From Terrimicrobiaceae bacterium (GTDB lineage Bacteria > Verrucomicrobiota > Verrucomicrobiia > Chthoniobacterales > Terrimicrobiaceae): a DNA stretch of 64,000 bases. This document shows positions 47,931 to 56,967 of the stretch, piece by piece; within the stretch, counting starts at the first letter, position 1; the number at the start of each line of letters is the position of its first letter. Both the position numbers and the translations under genes were made by a program. The notes beneath the pieces were generated by a model. It was not told where the DNA came from and did no database searches. It saw nothing but the letters and a program-made list of their open reading frames with translations. The stretch spans positions 1 to 64,000 of the forward strand of contig JBGSVZ010000066.1 of the NCBI GenBank assembly GCA_041752695.1, given 5' to 3'.

Positions 47931-48407
47931 ATGAGCACACCCAACTACCCACCTCTGATTTCTTACCTCGGCGTCAAGGATGCCGCCAAGGCCATCGCGT
48001 TTTACCAGGCCGCCTTTGGAGCGAAGGAAGTTTACCGTCTGACCGACTCGGCCTCGGGGCAGATCGGACATGCCGAACTCGAACTCAACGGCAGCATGAT
48101 CATGCTTTCTGATGAGTTTCCGGGGTTTAACACCACCCCTCAGGCGCTCGGCGGTACGCCGGTGAAATTCTGCCTGATGGTGGAAAGTGCCGACGCTGCC
48201 TTTGATCGCGCCGTGGCGGCTGGCGCGGAAGTGCTGCGTCCGGTGACCGACGAATTCTACGGCTACCGCAGCGGCTCCTTGCGCGACCCCTTTGGCCACG
48301 AGTGGATGCTCCAGCACGAGATTGAAAAAGTCTCGCCCGAGGAAATGCAGAAACGCTGGGATGAGATGGCGAAGGATTGTCAGGGTCCCGACAGCGAAAC
48401 CAAGTAG
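47931..48407 (+). CDS. VOC family protein (PhnB-like)
   Basis: AIAFYQAAFGA, HAELELNG, FYGYRSG.LRDPFGHEW. Confidence 0.9.
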   Translation: MSTPNYPPLISYLGVKDAAKAIAFYQAAFGAKEVYRLTDSASGQIGHAELELNGSMIMLSDEFPGFNTTPQALGGTPVKFCLMVESADAAFDRAVAAGAEVLRPVTDEFYGYRSGSLRDPFGHEWMLQHEIEKVSPEEMQKRWDEMAKDCQGPDSETK

Positions 48408-48410
48408 TTC

Positions 48411-48797
48411 ATGAACCCGCAAAGATCCACCAACGAACACCTCCTCATCCGCGGCACGCATTGGAGTGCGGGATTGTCGCCTGCTGAATTGCAGCGGGTG
48501 ATGACCGACTTTTACGCCTGGGTCGAAGGACTGAGCGCCAGCGGCATCCATCGCGGGGCGCAGCCTCTGATGGAAGAAGGCAAAGTGGTTTCCGGCGCGT
48601 TAGGCTCCTCCGTAACCGATGGTGCGTTTGCGGAATCCAAGGAAGCCATCGCGGGCTACTTCCTTCTCGCCGTGGCTGATCAGGACGAAGCCGTGCGCAT
48701 CGCCCAGGCCTGCCCCATCCTGGCCTACGGCGCGCAAATCGAAGTGCGCCCCATTGCGGACCTTTGCCGGCCGATGGCAGAAGTGAAGGCGGTATAA
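48411..48797 (+). CDS. YciI/DGPF-domain protein
   Basis: VTDGAFAESKEAIAGYF (DGPF-like), IEVRP. Confidence 0.85.
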   Translation: MNPQRSTNEHLLIRGTHWSAGLSPAELQRVMTDFYAWVEGLSASGIHRGAQPLMEEGKVVSGALGSSVTDGAFAESKEAIAGYFLLAVADQDEAVRIAQACPILAYGAQIEVRPIADLCRPMAEVKAV

Positions 48798-48799
48798 GG

Positions 48800-50074
48800 A
48801 TGTTCGGAGGGACAACCGACCCCTCCGCGCAACTCGCGGATAACCTTTTTCGCCGCGAGAGCAGCCGATTGGTTGCCTTGTTGGTTGGACAGTTTGGTGT
48901 CCACCGTTTGCAACTGGCCGAGGACGTCGTGCAGGAGGCCCTGGTCAGAGCCTTGCAGACCTGGCCCTACCGTGGTCAGCCGGACAACCCTGCGGCGTGG
49001 CTTCTCCAGACGGCAAAAAATCTTGCCCTCGATAGTTTGCGCCGGGAACAGCGTTGGAGCGAAAGAGAGGACCGCATCGCTGCCGAACAAGAACGCTGGC
49101 TGTCCGAGCCCGCCGGAGAAACCCACGAAACCTTTTCCGATGATTCGTTGCGTTTGATGTTCGTCTGCTTTCATCCGCAGCTTTCGACCGAGGCGCAAAC
49201 CGCCCTGGCGTTGCGCACGCTTTGCGGGTTGAGTCCAGCCGAAATCGCCGCTGCGTTTCTCACCAGCGAGGCCGCTATTAGCAAACGTCTGGTGCGCGCG
49301 CGGCGGCGGATACAGGAACTTGCCCTGCCATTTGCCGTCCCTCTGCCCGACGAACTTCCCGCCCGCCTTGATGGCGTGCTGGGCACCATTTACCTGCTTT
49401 TCAACGAGGGATACAAAGCGTCCGCTGGCTCGCGCCTCGTTCGCGAGGACCTGTGTTACGAAGCCATCCGTCTGGCGGAGTTGCTGGCCCAGCATCCCTA
49501 TACCAATGTTCCTCGCACCCATGCTCTCCTCGCGTTAATGCTTCTGAACGCTGCCCGTTTGCCCGCCCGCACCGATGATGCCGGCAATCTCCTTCGGCTC
49601 CATGAGCAAAATCGTTCGGCTTGGGACACTTCCCTGATCCAGCGCGGGATCCGCGCTCTCGGCCAGTCGGCCCGCGGCGACACCGTTGGCGAATACCACT
49701 TGGAGGCGGGTATAGCAGCCTGTCACAGCACGGCACCCGACGAAACTTCCACCGATTGGCCGCGAATTCTCTCCCTTTACGACCGCCTGGTTGAACTCAC
49801 CCCGTCGCCCGTCGCGGCGATGAACCGTGCGGTGGCGGTCGCCCGCGTGCACGGCCCCCAAGCCGGACTCGACGCCCTCGGCGGGATCACCAACCGCCGA
49901 TCACTGGAATCCTATCATCTCTACTACGCCATCCGTGGCACGCTAGCCGCCGAACTTGGCCAAATTGCCGCGGCACTCACGCATTTTCGGATGGCGGGCA
50001 GTCTCGCCGCGCTGCCAGCGGAGCGCGATTTCATTGCCCGCCGGATTCGGGAATGCGAAGGCCGGATGCCATGA
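48800..50074 (+). CDS. ECF RNA polymerase sigma factor with long C-terminal extension (ECF42-like)
   Basis: AEDVVQEA, DDSLRLMFVCFHP, YLLFNEGY, TDWPRIL.LYD, NRAVAV. Confidence 0.88.
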   Translation: MFGGTTDPSAQLADNLFRRESSRLVALLVGQFGVHRLQLAEDVVQEALVRALQTWPYRGQPDNPAAWLLQTAKNLALDSLRREQRWSEREDRIAAEQERWLSEPAGETHETFSDDSLRLMFVCFHPQLSTEAQTALALRTLCGLSPAEIAAAFLTSEAAISKRLVRARRRIQELALPFAVPLPDELPARLDGVLGTIYLLFNEGYKASAGSRLVREDLCYEAIRLAELLAQHPYTNVPRTHALLALMLLNAARLPARTDDAGNLLRLHEQNRSAWDTSLIQRGIRALGQSARGDTVGEYHLEAGIAACHSTAPDETSTDWPRILSLYDRLVELTPSPVAAMNRAVAVARVHGPQAGLDALGGITNRRSLESYHLYYAIRGTLAAELGQIAAALTHFRMAGSLAALPAERDFIARRIRECEGRMP

Positions 50075-50096
50075 AGAGTGAGGAAAATCCGGGCGG

Positions 50097-51302
50097 TTAA
50101 GCGGACCGTGGAGCATCGGCGGGCAGGTAGCGGCGCAGAGCGTAGGCAACGTAGGCAAGGGCTCCGAGGGGCTGCAGGGCAAGGAGGAGGGGCATCTGGA
50201 GACGAGGCACAAATCCAACGCGAAGGACGGCCAGAAGCAGAATCCCGTAGGCGGTCAGGGCGGCGAGTCGGGTGAAACGGTCGGTGGGACGGGTAAGAAC
50301 ATCCACGACAGCGAGCGCGGCGGCCGGGGCCAGGAGGAGGTAGGTGAGCCATTCGGAGGCGGGGCCCAACAAAACCATCCACGCGCAAACAAAAGCGAAA
50401 AGCCCGCCGAGGAGGCGTTCGGCCGGCCAGCGGCGGAGGGCCCCCACCAGGCAGAAGGAGGCAATGGCGGCACCGCTGGCCGCGCGCAGGAGGGTGTAGG
50501 CGGATTCGGTGAGCGGCAGTCCCAGGACGCGGACGAGAAGAAACCAGAGATCGAGCGGCGCGATGGCGAGGTCGTAGTTGAGGCGATTGTCGGCCAGGCG
50601 GGTGGCGACCCATTCGCGGTATTGTTCTGCCACGTAGGCCGGTTTTTGAAAAAGGAAAGGCAGGGCGGCCATGAGGGCGAGCGCCAGAAAAAACCGCCAG
50701 GAAAACGCCTTTGGCGCGACGACGCAGAGAAGCAGGCCGGCAACAAGGGGGTAGATTTTCCAGTGCACGGCTCCGGCAACGGCCAGCGCGGCAAGCGTCC
50801 ATCGGCCGGTGCAGGCGGCGGCAATTCCGGCCATGAGGAGTCCGATCACCATGGGGTTCGCCTGGCCACTGTCGATGTTGCTGAGGGAAAGCGGGAGGAT
50901 CAGGAGAAAAACAATTCCGTGGAAGCGCGTCGGAATCCGGTCGAACGGACCGAGGCGCAACACACTCCAGAGGCCTCCCAGGAGACAGGCGATGGACAGG
51001 AGGCGCCAGATAACGTTGGCCACCGCCGGAGGGACGCTGGTGAAGGGGGAGAAGAAGACGGCGGCAAGCGGACTGTAAACGAACCCTTTGTTCGGCTTGT
51101 AGCTGTAAAGATCGACGCCCTCGAGCCAGCGGTCCGCCCCGCGCAGGTAGGGCGCGAAGCCGGTCACCTTGTCAGGTTTGGCGATAAAGATGCCAACGAT
51201 GACGAGGCAAACCGTGAGCCACGCGATGATGGCCAGGGTGCGCCAGCGGTTGGCGGCGTCGAGGCGGAGAAGGGCGAGGCGTTGGTCCCAGGAATTTTTC
51301 AC
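50097..51302 (-). CDS. Polytopic glycosyltransferase, GT87/DUF2029-like
   Basis: FVYSPL, GQAN, KIYP motifs; ~10 TM. Confidence 0.75.
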   Translation of the reverse strand: MKNSWDQRLALLRLDAANRWRTLAIIAWLTVCLVIVGIFIAKPDKVTGFAPYLRGADRWLEGVDLYSYKPNKGFVYSPLAAVFFSPFTSVPPAVANVIWRLLSIACLLGGLWSVLRLGPFDRIPTRFHGIVFLLILPLSLSNIDSGQANPMVIGLLMAGIAAACTGRWTLAALAVAGAVHWKIYPLVAGLLLCVVAPKAFSWRFFLALALMAALPFLFQKPAYVAEQYREWVATRLADNRLNYDLAIAPLDLWFLLVRVLGLPLTESAYTLLRAASGAAIASFCLVGALRRWPAERLLGGLFAFVCAWMVLLGPASEWLTYLLLAPAAALAVVDVLTRPTDRFTRLAALTAYGILLLAVLRVGFVPRLQMPLLLALQPLGALAYVAYALRRYLPADAPRSA

Positions 51303-51450
51303 AGCGTGGCAGGTGGAATAGCGGGGCCGACGCCCGGCGGGAAGCGGGAAACCCGCGGTTGGCTTTTGGGCCGACAGGCGGGGCCGTCAAAATTTTCAAA
51401 AAAAGTGAAAATCTTCTTGCGTGTCCGAATTCCTGTGGCAATGTTGGAAT

Positions 51451-51510
51451 TGTTCTGGGGGGAACACGCAGGCCGTCACCGCATTCGCAGTGGCGGCCTG
51501 CGATCTTTTT
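51451..51510 (+). ncRNA. Candidate ~60-nt small RNA
   Basis: A-rich UP-like tract, TTGCGT-N16-CAATGT, hairpin TGTTCT-GGGG-GGAACA, 13-bp stem then TCTTTTT; no plus-strand gene upstream. Confidence 0.5.
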
Positions 51511-51591
51511 GGGGTTCTTGCCTCTTCCCTTGGGAAGGCTCGAAAGATTGGCGGCACGCAATGCTGGCGAGCCGACTTGGACGCCAGACTT

Positions 51592-52059
51592 CTAAACCGG
51601 AGGTTGCAGAATGCGGACCTCAGGTTTGTTCTGCCGCTTTTGTTTGTAGATGTTCGGTGGACTGACCGAGCGGACCTCCGCCCCTTGCAAAACAAATTCC
51701 GGGTAAAACCCATCGCTGGCCGGTTCGTAAACCATCTGCCCGGAGAAGCCCCCTTTGAGCGTGTACTCGTAGTCGTTGTCCATCCCGAGTTTGTTCGCCG
51801 CCCGGTCGGGCGCAAGCATCCGCTGTTCGTTCAGCATGACGAGTTTGGCCGATTTCCAAGGCCGGCCTGGCTCGCGGATCCAGCCCCACACCTTGTAATC
51901 TTTTTTGTACATCCGGCGGGCGACAAAATAATCCCCAGGTTGTTCCGCCCGGATCGCCGCGTTCATGGCGGCATTGCCGGAATCCATCGATCCTGTGGTC
52001 TCACAGCCGACGAAGGCCAGGGCGGCAGCCGCCGCGAGGCAGAGGGACAAAATCCTCAT
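51592..52059 (-). CDS. Hypothetical lipoprotein
   Basis: Lipobox FVGC; ATGA coupling with the upstream gene. Confidence 0.75.
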   Translation of the reverse strand: MRILSLCLAAAAALAFVGCETTGSMDSGNAAMNAAIRAEQPGDYFVARRMYKKDYKVWGWIREPGRPWKSAKLVMLNEQRMLAPDRAANKLGMDNDYEYTLKGGFSGQMVYEPASDGFYPEFVLQGAEVRSVSPPNIYKQKRQNKPEVRILQPPV

Positions 52060-52982
52060 GCCAGATGCGTGCGGGCGAGGAAGGGGGCAATCCACTCGGC
52101 GAGGCTGTCTTCCGACTCAATCTGCATTTCCTCGGTGAGAGGGAAGAGATACCAATTTTCCACGTGTGAAACGGTTTCGTCCGGCCGCAGGGTCGTGATC
52201 GGGCCGAGGCTCTCGATCTCGATCATATCCGAGTCGGCAAAGGTTTCAAAATTGCAGCCCCCATCCGGATACTGCGCATTGGATTGGAACTCGAACGTCT
52301 TGATGAAAAGAGTCTCGCCGAGGATGTAGGCGATCCATTTTTCGCGATGAGCAAGCCCGATTTTCGTAGGCGGGTAGTCGGCCTCCTGCTTGAGGAGCCA
52401 GAATTTCTGCCCGAAGGTGTACCGGGGATCGGAGAGGTCCGTGTAGGGCCAGAGGACCATGCCGCGGTTGGGCAGGAGGTCGCGAGGGTGTTCGCCCAGA
52501 GCGGGTTGGGGGATGATTTCCAAACCGCCGGGTTCCATCACGGTGAGCCCCCAGGTTGCCAGAGAGATGTTTTGCTCGCTTACATTGGCCGCGGTGTGGC
52601 GGATGGTGACCCGGGAGCCGCTTTCGGAGAGAAGAATTCCCAAGGTCTTGCGGATGTCCTGCGGGCTCGTCTGCAAACTCTCCACCAACAATTCGTTAGA
52701 GAACTCGTCCCGGCGATAATTGGCGGGAACATTGTCCTTATGGTAGCTGAGGATCTCGTCCTCGGGCGCCAGCCAGAAACGGTGCCCGCCGCGAATGCGC
52801 CATTCCTTCTCGTTGGCCGAGCCAAGCTGATCTTCGAAAATCTTCAGGATGTTGTCTCCGGTATGCGTCTTGTAGACGAGAATCCGGGGACCAACATCCG
52901 TTGTGACGATAAGCTCTACGGAGTCGTTGGAGAGTTTCAGGGTATGATTCCAGCCGTGGAAGGGGGTGGTTTCGAGCTTCAT
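52056..52982 (-). CDS. Conserved hypothetical protein (DUF4380-like, beta-rich)
   Basis: VGPRI, GGHRFWLAPE, YPDGGCNFE, EIESLGP. Confidence 0.65.
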   Translation of the reverse strand: MKLETTPFHGWNHTLKLSNDSVELIVTTDVGPRILVYKTHTGDNILKIFEDQLGSANEKEWRIRGGHRFWLAPEDEILSYHKDNVPANYRRDEFSNELLVESLQTSPQDIRKTLGILLSESGSRVTIRHTAANVSEQNISLATWGLTVMEPGGLEIIPQPALGEHPRDLLPNRGMVLWPYTDLSDPRYTFGQKFWLLKQEADYPPTKIGLAHREKWIAYILGETLFIKTFEFQSNAQYPDGGCNFETFADSDMIEIESLGPITTLRPDETVSHVENWYLFPLTEEMQIESEDSLAEWIAPFLARTHLA

Positions 52983-53082
52983 TATTTTGGAAAAAGACAG
53001 TCAGCCGACGTGGAAATCCCGGAGGCCCCGCCGATTGTCGGAAAATCGGACTGTGGAGAAATCACGCCGGGCATCAATGCGA

Positions 53083-54108
53083 TTAGGCACGACATCCGTT
53101 CGGTGTCAAGAATACTGCGGAAAACCGTCCATTGAAACCAGTTGCACACGCTAATGCGGTGGAATTCGCGGAATTTTGGAGGCTCAGTGCGGCGAGAATC
53201 ACCTGTTGAACGGACGAGCAGGCCATGGCTTCGCCCAGGGAAAGTTTGGGAGCAAGAAGGGTGGCTTCGGGGAAAATCTGACGAAGTTTTTTCCGTTCCT
53301 CACGTCCCAGCGGCGTTCCCGAATCGGACGAAACCACGATGTCGGGACTTTGCGGCAAATTCCTTGGCAACGACACGCACTCCGCGCCTTGGTCGATCTT
53401 ATCCCGGTTGGGGGTTACCGATTGCACAGCCATTCCCGCCCCCTCCCGGCTGAGGAGGAGGGCCCCGGCGCCCTCTGAAAAAATGGCACCATGCGAGGAA
53501 TCGGGGGAGGTGAGTCTCCAGCGTGCATAAGCCTCGCAGGTGATCCAGTCCAGCTCCTGCGCCCCGACGACCAGGCAATGATCCGCGTCCCCGCAAGCCA
53601 ACAACTCACAAGCCGTCGCGATGGCGTCCAAACCCACTTCGACATCGCCGACGAGAGTCAGCGATTCTCCAACAAGTCCCAGTCGGGCGGCCACATGGCT
53701 GGCCGGGGCATTGTAAACCGTTTCGGGGAAAAGGAGGGGGCTGCCTGCCCCGGGTCCGCGCTCCAACACATCGCCGTAGAAACGCCGAGTATAAACCACT
53801 CCCCCGTCTGAGGCCGCAAAAACCAGGGCGGTGCGCGCCAGTTGATCCGGACTGAGACCCGCGGTCGCGTCAATCGCCGCCGCCACCGCAAAATGCGAGA
53901 TCACGCTGGATCGCCGCAGCCGGGGAAACGCGGCCGCATCCTGCAAAAATGCGGCGGGGATGCGGAAGACGGGCAAATTCGTGCCGGTGGACGGCGTGAT
54001 TTCGTCCTGAACGTCCGGTTTTTTCCCGGCACCCAGGTCGGCGTGAACCTGCGCCAGATCCCGGCCCAGTGGCGTGACCCATCCCATGCCCGTAATGATG
54101 GCCTTCAT
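53083..54108 (-). CDS. Ketosynthase-like protein lacking the catalytic Cys (chain-length-factor-like)
   Basis: ITGMGWVTPLG, SPLLFPETVYNAPAS, EGAGALLL; no Cys at the expected site (TLVGDVEVG). Confidence 0.75.
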   Translation of the reverse strand: MKAIITGMGWVTPLGRDLAQVHADLGAGKKPDVQDEITPSTGTNLPVFRIPAAFLQDAAAFPRLRRSSVISHFAVAAAIDATAGLSPDQLARTALVFAASDGGVVYTRRFYGDVLERGPGAGSPLLFPETVYNAPASHVAARLGLVGESLTLVGDVEVGLDAIATACELLACGDADHCLVVGAQELDWITCEAYARWRLTSPDSSHGAIFSEGAGALLLSREGAGMAVQSVTPNRDKIDQGAECVSLPRNLPQSPDIVVSSDSGTPLGREERKKLRQIFPEATLLAPKLSLGEAMACSSVQQVILAALSLQNSANSTALACATGFNGRFSAVFLTPNGCRA

Positions 54109-55277
54109 CGAAGTTCGAGGAGCACGGCAGCGTTGGCCCCACCGAAACCAAAGGAGTTGGAAAGCACACGCCGGGGGCGGGCCGGACGGCTTGCATTGGC
54201 GACCACCTGAAGAGGAAACTCCTCCTCCGTCCGGGTAAAGTTGAGGTTGGCGGGTAAGAATTCCTCCTGCATGGCGATCCCGCAAAAAGCCGCCTCGATG
54301 GCCCCCGCCGCCCCCAACGCGTGTCCGGTCATGCCCTTGGTGCTGCTCATGGGAACCTGGGGACAGAGCGCAAGAATGGCCCGCGCTTCACTGGCGTCGT
54401 TGAGCGGAGTGCCAGTCCCGTGGGCATTGATGTAATCAACCTCCGCCGCATCTACCCCTGCGCTGGCGAGGGCTCCACGCATCGCGCGCAGCGGGCCGGA
54501 GCCCGACGGATGGGGTTGCGTGAGGTGATGGGTATCCGCGGCGCTGCCGTAGCCCGTGACGCAGAGCCCGGAGCCTCCGGCCTCGAGGCAAAAAAAGGCC
54601 GCCCCTTCCCCGAGAGCGAGGCCGTTGCGGTCCCGGTCAAACGGCCGGCATTTCCCGGGGGTCGAGGCGCGCAGGCAATCGAATCCCGCAAAAACCAACT
54701 CGGCCAGTGCATCGTATCCGCCCGCCAGCACGCGACGGGCAGACCCGGCGCGGATCATCTGACAGGCCAGCCCGATCGCGTTTGTCCCGGACGCGCAGGC
54801 GTTGGAAATCACCCGCACCGGCAGGTCCAGCCCAAGTCCGTCCAACGCCTGATGGACCGGCTGTTGGGGGGGGTATCCGATCAGCTTGCGCGCGGCGGAA
54901 CCGGTTCGGTTGCAACGGACTGCCGCGCGATAAAAATCCTCCCCGAGAGTCATTCCTCCACTGGTCGTGCCGACCACCACGGCGTCCGGCAGAAAGCTTC
55001 CGGCGGCTGCCAGAGCCTCGTGCGCCGCGACCAGGATCATTTGCGTGGCCCGCGTCCAGCGTTTAGCTCTGGGGCAGAGGGCGGCCGCCCGTTCAGCCAG
55101 TTCCGGTCCCACCTGGCCCGCTGTTCTCGACTGACAACCCTCCACCGAAAAGAGACGCACTGGCGAGATCCCCTCGCGTGAATGGCGCAGGTTGTCGCGG
55201 GTGGCGGGCAGGTCGATTCCCAGAGGGCTGACACAACCGAAGCCGGTGATCTCCACGGCAGGAAAAGGGATGGGCAT
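54105..55277 (-). CDS. Beta-ketoacyl-ACP synthase (FabF/FabB-type)
   Basis: SNACASG (Cys), NAHGTGT (His), TGHALGAAG (His), SNSFGFGG. Confidence 0.92.
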   Translation of the reverse strand: MPIPFPAVEITGFGCVSPLGIDLPATRDNLRHSREGISPVRLFSVEGCQSRTAGQVGPELAERAAALCPRAKRWTRATQMILVAAHEALAAAGSFLPDAVVVGTTSGGMTLGEDFYRAAVRCNRTGSAARKLIGYPPQQPVHQALDGLGLDLPVRVISNACASGTNAIGLACQMIRAGSARRVLAGGYDALAELVFAGFDCLRASTPGKCRPFDRDRNGLALGEGAAFFCLEAGGSGLCVTGYGSAADTHHLTQPHPSGSGPLRAMRGALASAGVDAAEVDYINAHGTGTPLNDASEARAILALCPQVPMSSTKGMTGHALGAAGAIEAAFCGIAMQEEFLPANLNFTRTEEEFPLQVVANASRPARPRRVLSNSFGFGGANAAVLLELR

Positions 55278-55336
55278 CGAGAAGGACTACGAGATTTCCC
55301 ACAGGATGGACGACGGCATTTGCCGCCAAAAGAACT

Positions 55337-56686
55337 TTATGCAGGGATTTTCAGGGAGTTGAGCCGGGCCCGGAGTCGGGAAAACAACAGTCCGGCGGCC
55401 ACCGCCAGCCCCGCCACAAACCCCATCCAAATTCCCGGTGCCCCCACGCCTGTTCCGAAGGCCAGGGCTCCCGAGACCGGTAGGGCAATGCCCCAATAGG
55501 CCAGGGCCCCGATGAGCATCGGAGTCCGCGTGTCTTCAAAGCCTCTCAGTGCCCCCGAGGAGACAATCTGAACGCCGTCAAAAAGCTGAAAAACTCCCGC
55601 CAGCAGGAGAAGCTGCACGGTCAGGGCGATAATCGCGTCGCTCGGAATGAACCACCCGGCGATCAGGCGCCCGGCGAAAATAAAGATAAGGGCGAATGCC
55701 GCCATGAGGCCCAGGGTTACCCCCATCGCACCAAAAACAATGGGTTCACAACGCGCCAATTGTCCCGCGCCGCGGGCCTGTCCCACGCGCACGCTCACCG
55801 CCTGGGAAATGCCCAGCGGCAGCATAAACGTCGTCGCCGCGCACGTGATGGCGATCTGGTGGGCGGCCAGCGCGTCCACGCTGATCCAGCCCATCATGAT
55901 GGAACCGAAGGCGAACCCGCTGACCTCGCAAAAATGCATCGCCCCCACCGGCAGGCCCAAGGTCACCAGCGGCCTGAGGTGCCGGAATAAACCGGGCGCC
56001 CGCCACCGCTTCGGGAGGTGTTGTTTGAGCGCGGGGGAGGACAGCACGTAGCCGAGGAGGGCGACCATCGCCGCAACTCGGGCCAGCAGCGTCGCGAGTC
56101 CGGCGCCCTCGAGCCCCATGGCGGGGAATCCCCATTTTCCGTAGATCAACAGCCAGTTGAGCCAGACGTTCAGCAGCACGCTGGCCAGCACAATCCAAAA
56201 GGGGACCCAGGGCCGCGACAACGCCTCGCAAAAGTTTTTCGCCGCCGTCGTCAGATAAACGGGCACGACGGACCACGCGCACAGGATCAAAAACGTCACG
56301 CTGGCGGTATTGACCTCCGCCTTCTGTCCCAAGATAGGCAGCAGAGGCGTGCCCCACTGGATCGACAGGGCCACCCCGAACCCAAGCATCGCGGCCAGGA
56401 CCAGTCCGGCCCGCAAGGCTTCCCCCGCCTTGGTCGCATGTCCGGCTCCATGGGCGTGCGAGGCCCGTACGCTGATGGAAGAGAGCACACCGAAACCAAA
56501 AACCAGCGGCACGGCCAGCACCGTATTGGCGAAGGCACACGCCGCCAGGGGCACCACGCCGAGGCGTCCCACCATCACCGTATCCGCCAGCCCCATGAGC
56601 ATCTGGCCGACAAAACCCGCTACAATAGGCGCGGCCAGCGCAAGGGTGCGGCGGTTTTCGGATAAAGACTGGGAAAAAAGAGACAT
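55337..56686 (-). CDS. MATE-family efflux transporter
   Basis: LALAAP, ADTVMVGRLG, ALAAHQIA, FQLFDGVQ..GALRGFEDT; ATG 56686. Confidence 0.93.
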   Translation of the reverse strand: MSLFSQSLSENRRTLALAAPIVAGFVGQMLMGLADTVMVGRLGVVPLAACAFANTVLAVPLVFGFGVLSSISVRASHAHGAGHATKAGEALRAGLVLAAMLGFGVALSIQWGTPLLPILGQKAEVNTASVTFLILCAWSVVPVYLTTAAKNFCEALSRPWVPFWIVLASVLLNVWLNWLLIYGKWGFPAMGLEGAGLATLLARVAAMVALLGYVLSSPALKQHLPKRWRAPGLFRHLRPLVTLGLPVGAMHFCEVSGFAFGSIMMGWISVDALAAHQIAITCAATTFMLPLGISQAVSVRVGQARGAGQLARCEPIVFGAMGVTLGLMAAFALIFIFAGRLIAGWFIPSDAIIALTVQLLLLAGVFQLFDGVQIVSSGALRGFEDTRTPMLIGALAYWGIALPVSGALAFGTGVGAPGIWMGFVAGLAVAAGLLFSRLRARLNSLKIPA

Positions 56687-56748
56687 GGCAAAAACGGAGG
56701 ACGCCGAGCGGGGGAAATTCGGGAGACGGACCGACCGGCCCGACGAAA

Positions 56749-56823
56749 TCAGGCGGGCAGGAAGCCGCCAGCCCTGAGGAGGCCGCGCACGCGGTCTTGC
56801 AGGGAAATCGTGACGGGTTCCAT
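56749..56823 (-). CDS. Putative 24-aa leaderless leader peptide (uORF) of the MATE gene
   Basis: TTGACT-N16-TAATCT-N6-ATG; MEPVTISLQDRVRGLLRAGGFLPA*; stop 62 nt before the MATE ATG. Confidence 0.5.
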   Translation of the reverse strand: MEPVTISLQDRVRGLLRAGGFLPA

Positions 56824-56967
56824 GCCGACAGATTACCCACGAGCAGGGCGAAGTCAATCCGCGCAGAACAGATGGCAGGCCCAGCGGCAGAGAGAGAGAA
56901 TTTGGAGGATTTTTTTGAAAAATTGCGCTTGAAAAATCTCACGATTGATTCTTCTCTGGGTAGCGCT

